Assembly (NCBI RefSeq): GCF_009834535.1
Contig: NC_045712.1
Coordinates: 31,310,001-31,374,000 of the forward strand
Direction of reading: 5' to 3'
Length of the DNA stretch: 64,000 nt
From: Camelus ferus
Taxonomy: Eukaryota
This document shows, piece by piece, positions 38,701 to 50,983 of the stretch; positions within the stretch are counted from its first letter, which is position 1; each line of letters begins with the position of its first letter. A program made the position numbers and the translations under genes. The notes beneath the pieces were generated by a model, which did not search any database, was not told the origin of the DNA, and worked only from the letters and a program-made list of their open reading frames with translations.

Positions 38701-39617
38701 GAAAGAACCTAATTTGCTAGAAGCTTTGTTTTCTTATCACGAAAGTATGTATCTTGAATATTTTCAAAAGTATTTTTGTTCCCTGTGAAAATAGCTATGT
38801 GGTCTTTCTTGTACGCGAGTGAAATAGTGATTTACACTGGTGGGATTTTTTCTAAAGTTGAACATATACTTAGATTCCTTAATATACTGCCAGATTGGCT
38901 AATTTTTTAAAGGATAAAAGCCCAATCAACTTAAAGTGTGACACTATAAAAATATCCTGTCCATCACAATTTAAAATTAAGAAGGAACAGATTTTGTTAA
39001 TAAAATCATAACATTTACTCATTTTTGATATTTTTACCAATGAAGGGAGAGATACAGAAAAGAAAAAAGATTAAAAACAAAAGTGGAAACAAAGACACTT
39101 TTGCAGAAACATCTAGACACAAAGAAAAACATTTTTTAAAGTGAAACTAAAGAAAAATAGACAAATTAGAGAACAAAGGCTAAGGGCTCACAAGTGAACA
39201 TAAGCAGAAGAGGTTTATCCGGAGAAGATGAGAAACAGACAGACGTGCAGCGATCTCAGAGTGGGGAGGGAGAGGTGGGAAGACACGGAGACAAGCAGGC
39301 AGCGCGGCTCCCCAGGGCGGCCCGAGGGGCGCCCTGCCCGCACGGCCCGGGCTTCTGCTGCTGCGCGTTCTGTCCAGGCGCTCTGCGTCTGTGTGTGTGA
39401 GAAAGGCCCACGTACAGCTTCACTCTCCTGAGCTGTGCTCTTTTGTCTCTTTAAACATCTATTTCATTGATCAGCTGCATTGTGTTTGTGTTTCCTTAAT
39501 TTCTACATTAATTCCATCATTGTACTTTTTTGGATTTTTCAAATGGTTTTTAAATAATTTCTTGATTTGAAAGTTTAGTTCATTTATTTCCAATCTTCTT
39601 TGTGGGGGTAGTAATTA

Positions 39618-39711
39618 GGTTTATTTATTTATATAATGGTGAGACTGGGGATGGAACCTAGGACCTTGTGCCTGCTTGGCACGTGCTCCACCACGGAGCT
39701 CCACCCTCCCC
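39618..39711 (-). mobile_element. Diverged camelid tRNA-Ala-derived SINE
   Basis: Reverse complement reads GGGGAGGGTGGAGCTCCGTGGTGGAGCACGTGCCAAGCAGGCACAAGGTCCTAGGTTCCATCCCCAGTCTC followed by an A-rich tail. Confidence 0.8.
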
Positions 39712-40677
39712 TTCCCTTCAGTCTTTTTTGTTTTCTGATAAATGTGTATGTCACACTTTTTCCTTTGAGTTTCACTGTGGTAGAAAGATTCTGTGATACG
39801 ATGCTTCTGTGTTCAGACATAAACAGTTCGTACATTACGTGTTTTTATTTTCCGTTAATTCAAGAGCTAATAAAATGTTTTTGTTAACTTCTCATTTTAT
39901 TGCATTTCAATCAGCTTAAACAAGAGCAGCTCTTTGGAGTTTATTAAGATGACCTCTACGGCCTCATGCAGGTCGGCTTTTCCAAATATTTATTCCATTT
40001 ATGGTTAAAAGAACATATAATCTCTGTCAGTTGAGCAGATGTGTGATTAGATTAAGCTTATTGCTTGTTTTATTCAAATCCTTTTTTTTAAATTTCTCTT
40101 TACTTATTTCTCTGAAAGTTTTGTCAGAATCTCCCACTAAGACATTGAGGCTCTGTTTTTCTCCTGCTTGTGACGGTCAGGTGTCTGCGCTGCGCGTTTC
40201 TAAGCTGTGCAGTAAGTGCGGCTCAGTGACCATTGGTCACCTGTGGCGCGCTCCCTTTCCTCAGCAGGACACAGCCCTTTCTTTTATTATGAAGTACTTT
40301 GACCTTGAATTCTATTTCAGCTGAATGTAACATTAACAGCTTTTTTGTTTTATTAGTATCTTCTTTCCTTCACTTTCATTTTTCCTGGATTATTTCCTTT
40401 TCCATATGTTTCACATAGTTTGTACTTTTATCCAACCAGAGATTTTTCTTTTCATTAGTGAATTCAATCCATTCATGTCTATTGTGATGATTGAAATTAT
40501 TAGAACTGTTTGTTCCATTTTTTTGTTTTTCATGTATTGTGCTTTTTGGTTTTTTCCCCCTTTTCTTACATTTTGTTATACCAATTGAATTCTTTGTTAA
40601 GTTTGTTTCACCTTTTAAAAATGTATACTTACATTTATATTTATAAAGCACTGTCTGTAGTAAGTTACCCCCACAAG

Positions 40678-40751
40678 TCGGGTGGTAGAGCACGTGTTTA
40701 GCATGCACGAGGTCCTGGGTTCAGTCCCCGGTACCTCCGTTTAAAAAAAAA
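40678..40751 (+). mobile_element. 5'-truncated camelid SINE with a perfect 13-bp target-site duplication
   Basis: GTGGTAGAGCACGTGTTTAGCATGCACGAGGTCCTGGGTTCAGTCCCCGGTACCTCC plus poly(A). TTACCCCCACAAG at 40665-40677 and 40752-40764. Confidence 0.88.
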
Positions 40752-43700
40752 TTACCCCCACAAGAAGTCAAACAACACAGTGCCACTTCCCCCGGCTCCA
40801 TTAACCAGTTCCCTAGAATTCTTGTTCCGTGACTTTTTTGTTGAAGAGTAACAGGTGCGCTTTACCTGCCCAGGTCTTAGGCGCACCACTTGCTGAAGTT
40901 TTCCAAGGTGAGCACGTCCCTGCAGATGCGACCCAGAGCGATACAGAACATCACCTGTTCTTCCCCGTCATCCCCACCATAGGTGACCCACGGCGCAGCT
41001 CCCGTCGCCCTGAGTCCAGCTCTGTGGCCTCAGACCACGGGGTCTGTCCGCCCTTGCTCGGCGTCATGCCCCTGAGACCCCGCGTCATGAAGTACGCGGC
41101 TGGATGCATTTCTCAACCGTCTCCTCCACGCGAAAGGGCGTGCAGTTTGGGGAGGATTTCTTAGAAAGTCTCTTCCCTTCCAGTCTCTCTGTTCTGCCTT
41201 TCTAGGGCTCTTATTTGCTGGCTTTTACAGTCTTTCTATCTATCCTCCATGCCCCGCAACTTTTATTTCCTGCTTTCTGTTTCTTTGTACTTTCATGACA
41301 GTGCCTCACTTAGGTTTTCTAGAATGAGGATATTCCATCCTTAAGCCTACTTATTGGGCTTCTGTTTTTCCTAATTTAGCGATCAAGTTTTTAATGGCCT
41401 TTTTTTTTCTTTAACAAAAACGGTATCTTTGTACACCTCTCTGAAGCCATTAATTATGCTTATTCAAAACTCCCGTCCTGCCTCCTCTATAAAATTTGAT
41501 TTCTCACTCTTTCATAGTGTCAGTATTCAGAGAACACGGGGGAAAGACTGCCTCATTACTCACTTGCAGATTCGTGAATCATCTTACAGACCTGCAAGCA
41601 GATCTGAGCAGTTAGCAGCACTGGTGCTGAAGTGGAGACTGACTGGAGGGGCTCACGGGAGCGGTGTCTGCCAAGAGTGGAGGTCGCCTGCCACCTCCTT
41701 TACCCTCCCGCAGGCACGCATTCCGCTGCTCCAGAATGGCAGCTCGCTGACCCCTGCTTTGCAGCTTGGCTCGGGGGCCCCATTGGGGAATGGGACTCAG
41801 GTGTCCTCCCTGGGGGGACAAGGAGGAGGAGAAAGCCAGGAAGTGGGACAGTCCCTCCAACCTGCAGAAGTGGCCAAACACGGAAGAGCCAGCGTGGCGC
41901 AGGTGATCCTGGCAGGCAGGTGAGGAAGTCCGCCCCCATGGGGCCTATGAAGGCTGCTGGTGCTCCTGGCGAACTTCCTGGGCCATGGGGGACTTCAGTG
42001 TGGATGGGTTGGGTTGGCTCAAAGGTTCTTGGTAGGATGGACAGAAACTCCTAGCCCCAGCCCGACTCCTGCAGGTCGAGTCCTGAATTCCAGCCTTTGG
42101 ACTCCCACGACCTCCCCTTTCTGCATTTCATAAGCTTCAAGCTCTGTGTCTTCCGTTTCTCTGAGACTCGGATAAATGCAGTGTAGCACCACATTCACAG
42201 GCTCGTAAATGGGAAGAACTCGAAATCTGCCTCCAAGCCCAGCCTTGATATGTTTGCAACTTAGAATTTCAGTCTCGCATGTGTCATAAACATCTTGTCT
42301 GCCGACCTAAGAAATCCGCCCACAGCCCCCGGTTGGTTGTGTTTCCTCCCTGCGTCTGTACATGCCCTTCCTCACAACTTGACAAGAGAGTGGTGCGTGG
42401 AGGCCTGTTCGACAGGTTTTCTGGCCTAAGGTTTGCGCCCGTTACTACCGTGGGTCAGATTCACAGAGCACGCGCCCCTGTGGGCTGGCTTTACTTGGGC
42501 ACTAATTCTTGGAGCTGTGACGAAGGAGAAAGTCGGAGGCAGGGAGGAGCACGCTGGCCCCTCCACTCAGAAAATTCTCGCTCACCACAGTTTAAGGACA
42601 AGAAGCACAAATAATGCTGCAAGGTAAGAAAACACTGCAGCGGGGCCAGCGGAACTCTAATGACCAGCGGCTACCCCCGAACTGGCCCCTGGGGCTTGCA
42701 GACACCAGTCACGTCTCCACTAATGGCTCCTCTGTGTCTTGAAGTGGCAGGTGACACCTGTACGGTTGAGGGAGAAAGTGAATTCTTCCAGGTGAGACGA
42801 TTCCTGCAAGTGAACGGGAACCAAACCAGAGGCCAGCGTGCTGGCTCCAGCTTGTGAGGCCGCGGCCGGTCCCTGCGGGGAGGCAGGGAACACTGGCGAG
42901 TGGCCTCCCTCCCCAGACACATCAGCTCTGTCGCCTCCCGGCCACGTCCCTGAGACAGCCCTTCCTGGGAAACGGAGTGGCCACCAGCCCTCGGACATCT
43001 CACAGCTGGGAAGCAGCGAAGGCTGTGGCGCAAAGACTCTGGTCTCAGCCACGTCAGCTTGTTCGCTCGTCCTCGGGACACGCTCCACAGGTAGTGAGCA
43101 TCCCTCGAGCTACTGGGTGCTGGAAGGATGTGTGTGGTCAGGGGGTCAGGGCCGGGGACGGGAGGGGCTGAGACAAGAGGTGATTGTGCAGACCGCACCC
43201 CCAGGGCCCCCACCCTGCACCCTTGCCTGGGGGGGAACTGTCTGTGGTTTGGTTTCACTCCTACCTCCCAGGAGGGTCAGCCACATGTCAGTGGTGACCA
43301 GACGGCCTGCTCCCTGCCCTCCTGGGGCTTCTGCTCTGGAGGAGGGGTGTGCCAGACATTAATCAGAAAATCGCATGTGTGTAGCATTACAAATGATGGT
43401 GCACGCAAGGGCTCTGAGAACGTGTTAACAGTCTGGGCAGGTGGTAGGGTGTCTACAAAGGGGACGGGTCCTGGACTCTGGGCCCGGCTCCCAGAGGGCA
43501 CAGGGCCTCCCTACCCAGGCCACCGCGGCTGTGGGCTGTGGAGGAGTCCCACACTGCTCCTGCCAGGCATCCTTCTCCTGCCCCTGGGCCCCTCCCTCAC
43601 TTGGTCTCTGCAGGTCTCTGCCCGTCCTCAGCTCCATCCCTCCTCCCACTTCCATCCTGCATCCCACTGGGCCACTTACTAAAGATGGCTCCAGCAAGTC

Positions 43701-43959
43701 ATGACCCTCTGGGCCTCAGCGTCCTTGTCTGTGAAATGGGAATAGTCCAGGTAGCTCAGAGAATCCGAGGGCTGTGCTTTCACCGAGTCAATACAGGGAA
43801 GCGGCAGCACACTTTGCCCCCTCTTACCAGGATGCCTGCCCACGTGCCTGCCTGCCCACCCGGGACACTGCCTGACAGTGGACACGCCCTGCTCCTCCTG
43901 TTCATCGGTGAGCCCCCCAGGCATTTCCGCCCCGCCCTCTCCGGTCCACACTACGCGCA

Positions 43960-44320
43960 CATGCTCCTCCCCCCGGTGAATCCGAGGAGACCCAGACCCT
44001 GAGCGGGATGCCTGGGCGGGGAGGCACTGTGCGGGGCCCCACCCGCGGGGTCCCCGAGGCACTCAGGTGCGCGGACCGCGGGCGGCGGGGACGCACCTAT
44101 CCCCAGGTGCGCGGAGAGATAGCGACCTGCGCGGCCTGCTTCCCGAGCGGCCACTGCCATCTGGTGGCCGGCCGCGGAAGTGACGCCGGGCGGGCCACGC
44201 GGAGCCGTCCCTGGGGGACTGCTGGGCAGATGGAGTATAACGGCGGTGCCAGGCCCTGGACTCGGCTGTGGGCAGGCTACGGGACGGCTAGGGCCTGTGA
44301 CAGAGGAATCACTCTTGGGG
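43960..44320. promoter_or_regulatory. Small orphan CpG island with a CTCF motif and an ETS-CRE composite motif
   Basis: Local CpG enrichment. Minus strand CGGCCACCAGATGGCAGTG at 44152-44170; CGGAAGTGACG at 44175-44185. Confidence 0.6.
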
Positions 44321-46864
44321 ACCCCAGGGGCGAGACACAGGCCTCCACCTGGGAAATGGAGGCAGGGAGCGCAGCCAGTCAAGCCACTGGCCAGTGTGGC
44401 ACTTGTCCCACCATCTGCTTCAATGCCTGGCCTGCTCTAGGTGACAGAGATTCTGCATCTGAGGCTGGAGCCCTTACCACCCACCCAAGTGGTTCGAGAA
44501 TCCCAAGGGCTTTCCAGGAACTATCTCCCTCCCATCCGCCTGCCACTGCTCTGGGCCGGCACTGCCTGGCTGGCACCACTGCAGGAATGACCACACCCTG
44601 TGACCCAAGGGTGGCTGGCATGGCCCAGACAGGCCCCCAACAGCCTGACTCTGCCCCTCCCTCGTAGACGATCACCCTCTGGGGCCACGGCCACCCTTTC
44701 CCACGGGGCTGTCGTGGGGGGTGGCACACCTCTTTGGAAGAGGTCCTGGTACCAATGAAAGGAGAGCTCAGAGTCCCCAGCCCCCTTTTCCTGGCAGGCT
44801 GGTGGCCCCTGTGCAAATCTGCCACCATCTGCTCCCTGGCTTTGTACATTAAGGACTCTTGGGGAGGGGGGCATTTCCAAGCCAAAAGAAGTCTGTTACA
44901 CCCTTTCTCGAAAAAAAAGGCTTGCCTTACATTTATAGACTTAGGAGACTCAGAAGAAAGTGAGGCAGCTCTGTTGCCAGGTAGCTTGGGGTCTCCACTC
45001 AGGGACCAGGAGCAGCTGCATAGTTTTAAGTTTCCGCCTGAGCAGGCATTTCCATGACTCTCCCAGGCTGCCTTCTGGAAAGATCAACCCCAGGGGGGAT
45101 GGGGGCCGCTTCGTCTTTGCCTTGAGAGCCTCAGCCTGACCGTCCACTGCCTCCCTGCATCTCTGCTCCGGTGCTGACGTGAATCCCACACTCGTCTGAC
45201 CAGGGGCCTCTCCCCATGTAGGAAACGGAAATAAACACAGCAAAGTCTGAGCTACTCAGAATGCCTGGGGTTCTGGTCTGGGAAATGGTCTGTCCGTGCC
45301 CAGGGCACAGGGGAGAGGAAAACAGAGCCTGCCTAGGAAGAGAGGGCCCTGTCTGCTACCTTCGAAAACCCTTGTTTTCTTTCCTGTGCTAGGCAGGCTG
45401 TGGAAGTAGCTGAGGTTTTCCCTTCACTGTGTGCATGTTCTTGGTGCATCAGGATATGGGGAGTGTGCTCCCCCCGACCCGAGTCCAGCCTGGCCCTTTG
45501 GGTAACAGAATGGGGCAGAAGTGACGGTGTCCTGGTTCTGAGCCGAGGCCTCAGGAGGCCTTGTGTGTTTCCTGTCTCTCCGGACCTCTGGGCCAGGGTG
45601 AGTCAGCCAGTTGTCCCAGCTGAATCCCTAGATGTGCTAGGAAGCCTCAGGGAGATCAGCGAGGCCAGCTGCTGACTCACAGCTGGCACACCAGCAAGCC
45701 CTGCTGAGCCCAGCTCAGGCAAGCAGAACCGTCCTGCCAGCTCAGGTCACTGTGAGAAGCGGCTGCACTTTGGGATGCTTCCTTACGCAGCATCAGCTGA
45801 CACGCCCACTGACTTTATTCTTCTACCCTTCTTCGACTTGCTCCAGATCACCAGCTGGGCAGTCATGTCTCTGTGGGTTATTCCCCACCCTCTGCCCTCT
45901 GGGGCTCGGGATTAGGAAAGCAGCCTCCCGCTAAGGAATCTTTCTGAGCACCGGGCCTCTGTGGAGGCTGGGCCGGTGAGCCCTCCACACCACTGTGACA
46001 TGACAGAGCAGAGGGGCAGAAAGCGGAGATGGGCTTCGCACAAGGGCTTGCATTCACTGACCTCCTAGGACGGACTCACCTTTCCTCCTGGGGCATGTCT
46101 TCAGGGATTAGCTCCTTATCTGGGTGGAGGCGCCTTCCTGAGAAAAGCTCTGGGCAAGGTCCACCTCCTGAGTCCTTCCGTGTCAGAAAGTATCTTTATT
46201 TTACTTTCAAACAGTGGCTTGTTCTACGTGTGTTTAGGTGCACAGTTAACGTTCCTCACACATTTAGGGGCCATGCTCCCTTTTCTCCCGGAGTTACTGG
46301 TGAGGCATCTGATGCCAAATACACCTCCCCTGCACACACCTTTCTTAGAAGCTATATGAAATTTTCTTTACTCTCAGTATTCAGAAGTGTGCTCATGTCA
46401 CGTGAGTCTTTTTGATCCGTTTCTGCCAGGCGCGGGGAGGGCACTTCTGGACTGAAGTCTCATTTGCCTCAGTTCTGGGGACTTGTCTCCCATTATTACT
46501 ATTTTTTTCTATCTGTCCCCATTTCTCTGTGTTTTTGCAGCTTCTCTTGGACAGACATTTCCACCTGATGGTTTGATTTGATTTTTGGTTTATCTTTCAT
46601 ATTTTCTGCCTCTTTACATTATTGTGCCATATTGTGCGGAATCTTCTTACACACAGAGATGTATACCTTGAAATACATGTATAGATAACATTAATTATAT
46701 AACATTCATATTATGTTTGTATATAATATTTGTATCTAATCATTCACATTACATACAATATTCTTACGTATAAGTAAGTTTTTGGCAACAATACTTCAAA
46801 TTTCTAAGGATTCTTTCTAGTTTTCTAATTGCTTCTTGTTTTATTTATTCATATCTTCTTTCTT

Positions 46865-47100
46865 TAACGATTTACAAAAGATAGAATTCACATACCATGC
46901 AGTGCACCCATTTAAAGTATAAATTCAGTGGCTCTTAGTATATTCCCAGAGTTATGCATTACCACCGTAATGTTAGAACATTTTTATTACTAAAAAAAAA
47001 AAAAAAAACCTGTTATCCGTGGCCACCACTCCCCACGCCTCCCTACTGTCTCCCCGGCTGCCCAGCCTGAGGCAACCACTAACCTACTTTCTGTGTCAAT
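46865..47100 (-). mobile_element. L1MB-like 3' end
   Basis: AATTCACATACCATGCAGTGCACCCATTTAAAGTATAAATTCAGTGG...GGCAACCACTAACCTACTTTCTGT. Confidence 0.75.
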
Positions 47101-47914
47101 ATCTTCTTGGCTCCATCCTCTGATTTCTTCAATCTGTGTTCAATTAATTAAGAATTTATAAGGGATAAGAGGTAATTAATTAGGCTGTGTCTTGTCCCAA
47201 GAGACAAATATGGAAGAAAAAGACAAACCTATGCTGAAAAGGAAAGAATGGAAAGTGATGTGTATACAAATGCCAATGAAGGAAAGTAGATTTGGCCACA
47301 GTAATATTTGGAAAAACCGAATCTAAGGACTGAAGAGTTAAGGGATAAAGAAGGATATTTTATGATTTAAAAATAGACTCCATTAAGCAAGTGTGAGTCA
47401 TGGATTTTTCTGCACCTAGTATCATAACCCTGAAATGTTTTTATTTGTAAAGATGCTTTTCATTGCAAGTAACAGAAAGCACAGCTCACCTGGCTCACAC
47501 ACTGAAGGGGATTTAAGGGTGTCCCAGGGCTGACCCTCGAGGGAGCACTGCCCTGGAGGCAGCTGCTCGGACCCAAGCCCGTCCTCCCCTGACCCATGCA
47601 GCCCTGGGCAGACGCTGTTCTTGTCCTCACCCTTGGTTGGCTCACCTGTGAGATGGGGACGGCACTCTCTCCTTTCTGGAGATTTTATGTGTCCTGACTG
47701 TGTGCTGACCCCATGCCAGATGCTGTCCTGAGCACTTTATATGCACTGCCCCGCTCAAGTTGACACCAACCCTTTGAGGCAGAGACTGGTCTCAGCCTCC
47801 CTCCTTGACTGTTGCCGCAGACCACCAACCAGAAGGGAGCGGGGCCGGGCTCCGCGCCGGGCGGTCGGCTCCAGGGCCTGCACTTTTCAGACCTTAAATA
47901 AAATAGTTTCCTCA

Positions 47915-48125
47915 ACCTCAATGTCCATCGACAGATGGCTGGTTAAAGAAGCTGTGGTATATATATACAATGGAATACTACCCAGCCATAAAAAAAAATA
48001 AAATAATACCATTTGCAGCAACATGGATGGACCTGGAGATTGTCATTCTAAGTGAAGGAAGCCAGAAAGAGAAAGAAAAATACCATATGATATCACTTAC
48101 ATATGGAATCTAAAAAAAAAAGATG
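47915..48125 (+). mobile_element. Younger L1 fragment (ORF2 end / 3' UTR start)
   Basis: AATGTCCATCGACAGATG...CCATTTGCAGCAACATGGATGGACCTGGAGATTGTCATTCTAAGTGAA...ATGGAATCTAAAAAA. Confidence 0.8.
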
Positions 48126-48811
48126 ACTAGACATTGGCAGAAGTCACACAAATAGTTCTCCACAACATCAAAGAAGCTAGAGAAAATATTATCTGTCTTT
48201 TCAAAAAACGAAGGCAGGAAGCTCAAGGAAAAGGGACAAAACTTCAAAGAGGAGATGATAAGCTCACAGAAGGAAGGTTGGAAGAGCCCAGAAATTTAAG
48301 TAAATTATTAAACTTAATTTAATATTTAATAATAAAATATAAAACAATAAAATTTAAAATAAAAGTAATATAGAGCAAAAACCTACATTAAAAGCAGCAA
48401 ATACAGTCTATATACAATTATTTGTATATAAAATAACACATAGAATAAACACAACTAAAAGCACAGTTAAGGACATAGTAAATATGCTAGAAGAAACAAA
48501 CTAACAGAAAAATTTATGGAAAACAGTGAGGTTATAACAATAATTATACAGACAGTAAAAGCAAAAGCAAAGGAAACCCAACATATCATCATAATTTTCT
48601 AGAAGAAAAACATAATAAAATGGAAGCAACACCTAAAGGTGTAATAGAAGAAAGTTTTCTTAAAGACGTACCTAGATTTGCAGTTCAAAAGATCACACCA
48701 AGATCTTCTGATAGCGAGGTGATGTTTCCAAATGTCAACAGTAAGTAAAAAAAAAAAAAAAAAAGAAAAGAAAAAGATTGGCTTCCATACAGAAAAAAAC
48801 AGGACATGGTA

Positions 48812-49008
48812 TGTGGCAGTCCTCACAATACGTCCACAAATTCTTTGATAAAGTTCTCTTCAAGAGATGGAGCTAAATTCCTCTCCCCTCGAGTATGGGT
48901 TGGACTTAGTGACTCATTTGTAGGAAACAGGATACAGCAAAAGTGATGGGATGTCACTTCTGAGGTTGGGTTATAAAAAGATGTGGCTTCCAGCTTGGGT
49001 GCATGTGC

Positions 49009-49039
<31 letters not shown>

Positions 49040-49336
49040 TTTAGGTCGCTCATTCTGGGGAAAGTCGCCTGCCGTTCGAAACTCTGGAAACCTACTGAGA
49101 GGCCCATGAGGTAAGGAGCTAAGTCTTGTCCACACTATGTGAGTGAGCACGGGAGCTGATTCTTTAGCCCCAGTCTATAGCCTAATTGAAATCTCACAGA
49201 GACCCTGAGCCAGAATCATCCAGTGAAACTGTTCCCAGATTTCTGACCCAGAGAAACTGTGAGGTAATTAGTTTTTGTTGTTTTCTGCTGCTCGCTTTTG
49301 GACTAATTTGTTCTGCAGCAATAGGTAACTAATACT
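48812..49336 (+). mobile_element. MaLR solo LTR (MLT1 family) containing a (CT)n
   Basis: Starts TGTGGCAG. Contains GTGATGGGATGTCACTTCTGAGGTT and GAGACCCTGAGCCAGA. Ends TTTGTTCTGCAGCAATAGGTAACTAATAC. Confidence 0.8.
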
Positions 49337-49787
49337 TGATACAAGAAGAAAACTGTTGTCTTCAGAGTTTTCCTCATCCAACCCTGAGTGTAAGCAGGGT
49401 AGGAAGAAAAGACTGGAAATCCCAGTGTGTCACACGGGGACAGGAGGAGAAGCAAGTTAATGTAACAAATATGCTGGTTATTTGTGACATGACCGAATTG
49501 CTCACTCACTCGTTCAGTAAAAATACACTGTGTGCCTTCTAGAAGCCAGGCACTGTGTGATAGACTCAGAAGGCACCATGTGGATTAGAGCTCTTCCTAG
49601 AGGCCCGTCCCTCACGGAGCTCACATTTCTGGTGGTGGTGACGGGGGAAGGGAGCAAGTAAACCAGTAATCATAGAAGATAATTGCAAATAGCAACAAAT
49701 GTGTCATAAAGGAAGTGAATACACGCAGTGTGATTGAAAGTGGGGACTACTTCATTTTGGGTGGACAACAAAACATTCTATGAGAAG

Positions 49788-50181
49788 TATTGAAATACAC
49801 TTCTAGACCCAAGATGGATGTGCTCCTGGCCATAGTGCCACAGCAGCAAACCAAACTTTCACGTTCCTATAAATGCTCCCTTGACCAGAAACACAGTGCA
49901 TCAAGTCAGCCAGTCCCCAAACGCCCAGCCAACTCTGGGCTATATACTTGTTTCCTTGTTGCCTGGTCCTTCCAGATAAGGTCAGATGTGCAATCTCAGC
50001 ATGACCTGTCTCCATGTTGCTTCTTCTCGCACTCAATAAAACTCACTCTTGCCCAAACATCCCTCCGGAAGAATGTTCCACCGCTTGGGAGACACTGTAC
50101 TCCACCAATCACTGGATTGTTTTCCCTTGAATACAGGACGTCGAACTTGTTACCAAATTGTTTTAGTTTTGTCATTTGACA
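49788..50181 (+). mobile_element. Probable ERV1-class solo LTR inserted in an L2 relic
   Basis: About 394 bp. TATAAA at 49868-49873, TATATA at 49941-49946, AATAAA at 50035-50040, ends TTTGACA. Imperfect flanking duplication AGAAG/AAAAG. The flanks rejoin into an L2-like sequence. Family not identified. Confidence 0.6.
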
Positions 50182-50983
50182 AAAAGTAACATTTAAGCCA
50201 AGGTTGTCAAGAAAAAGCTAGATTTACTGGACAGGGCAGAACATCTAGGCTGAGTAAACAGCAAATGCAAAGACTCTAAGGCAGGAATGGGTTTGACATA
50301 ACTGAGGCACAGGAAGAAAGCCAGTGTGGTGGTGCACCACGAACCAGAGGGCAGTCAGGAGATGACAGGCGAGACGACCAGGCCATGCCTGCTGGTCTTA
50401 TGGTTGAGTGTCTCTCCTTGCTGGGGTTTCATTCACTCAGCGCAAGTGCAGGGCTGTAAGTCAGGGTGAGCAAGTTGGCCCCGAGCTCACACACCCACCC
50501 ACATGATGGACGCAGGATTCCTGCTCTAGCACAGATGACTTCAGGGTCCCTTTACTAGAAGTGCCTCCAGAACCCTTTGCAGTAGGAACCAAGGGACAGC
50601 TGTTTACAAAACTCATTTTAAAACTGGGTAGCAATAAGAAACGCAGTAGCATTTTTATTTAGTTTGTGTGATATAAACTTTAAAAAATAGCCATTTTCCG
50701 TAAAGATGGTTTAATTTATTCACACTTTCAAAAGACTCAGACATCCACCCTTGATAAAGACCATTTACCTGTTTTTAAGGTGGCCTGAGGGGGCTGATGG
50801 AGACAATAAAGAATGGATTTAAGTCCTCCACAGGGGGCACCCTTGGGAGACCACAGGGAAGCCGGGCTGTCCCGCGGTGCGCACACCACGTTGGGGTAAC
50901 AAGACCTTGCAGCTTGGCACCCGCCCCTTCACGAAAGACAGGCGAGTTCTGCGCGGTGTCGGGCAGCGGTGTACTTCGCATGC

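Larger units (their letters stand above)
37350..41520 (-). mobile_element. Scattered, highly degenerate antisense L1 fragments
   Basis: T-rich tracts with L1 antisense motifs, e.g. AGCACTGGCTGGACTCTCC, ATTACTGTAGAGTT and CCATTCATGTCTATTGTGATGATTG. Interrupted by SINEs and unique-looking GC blocks. Confidence 0.55.

Noticed and set aside
39290-39400. Small CpG-rich patch among AT-rich L1 relics
   Set aside because: Too short for a CpG island and no clear motif; compatible with the general GC drift of the region.
32200-50800. Counterpart of human NUP210P1, which lies between these genes in human
   Set aside because: I could not recognise any NUP210-like exon; a tblastn would be needed to exclude it formally.
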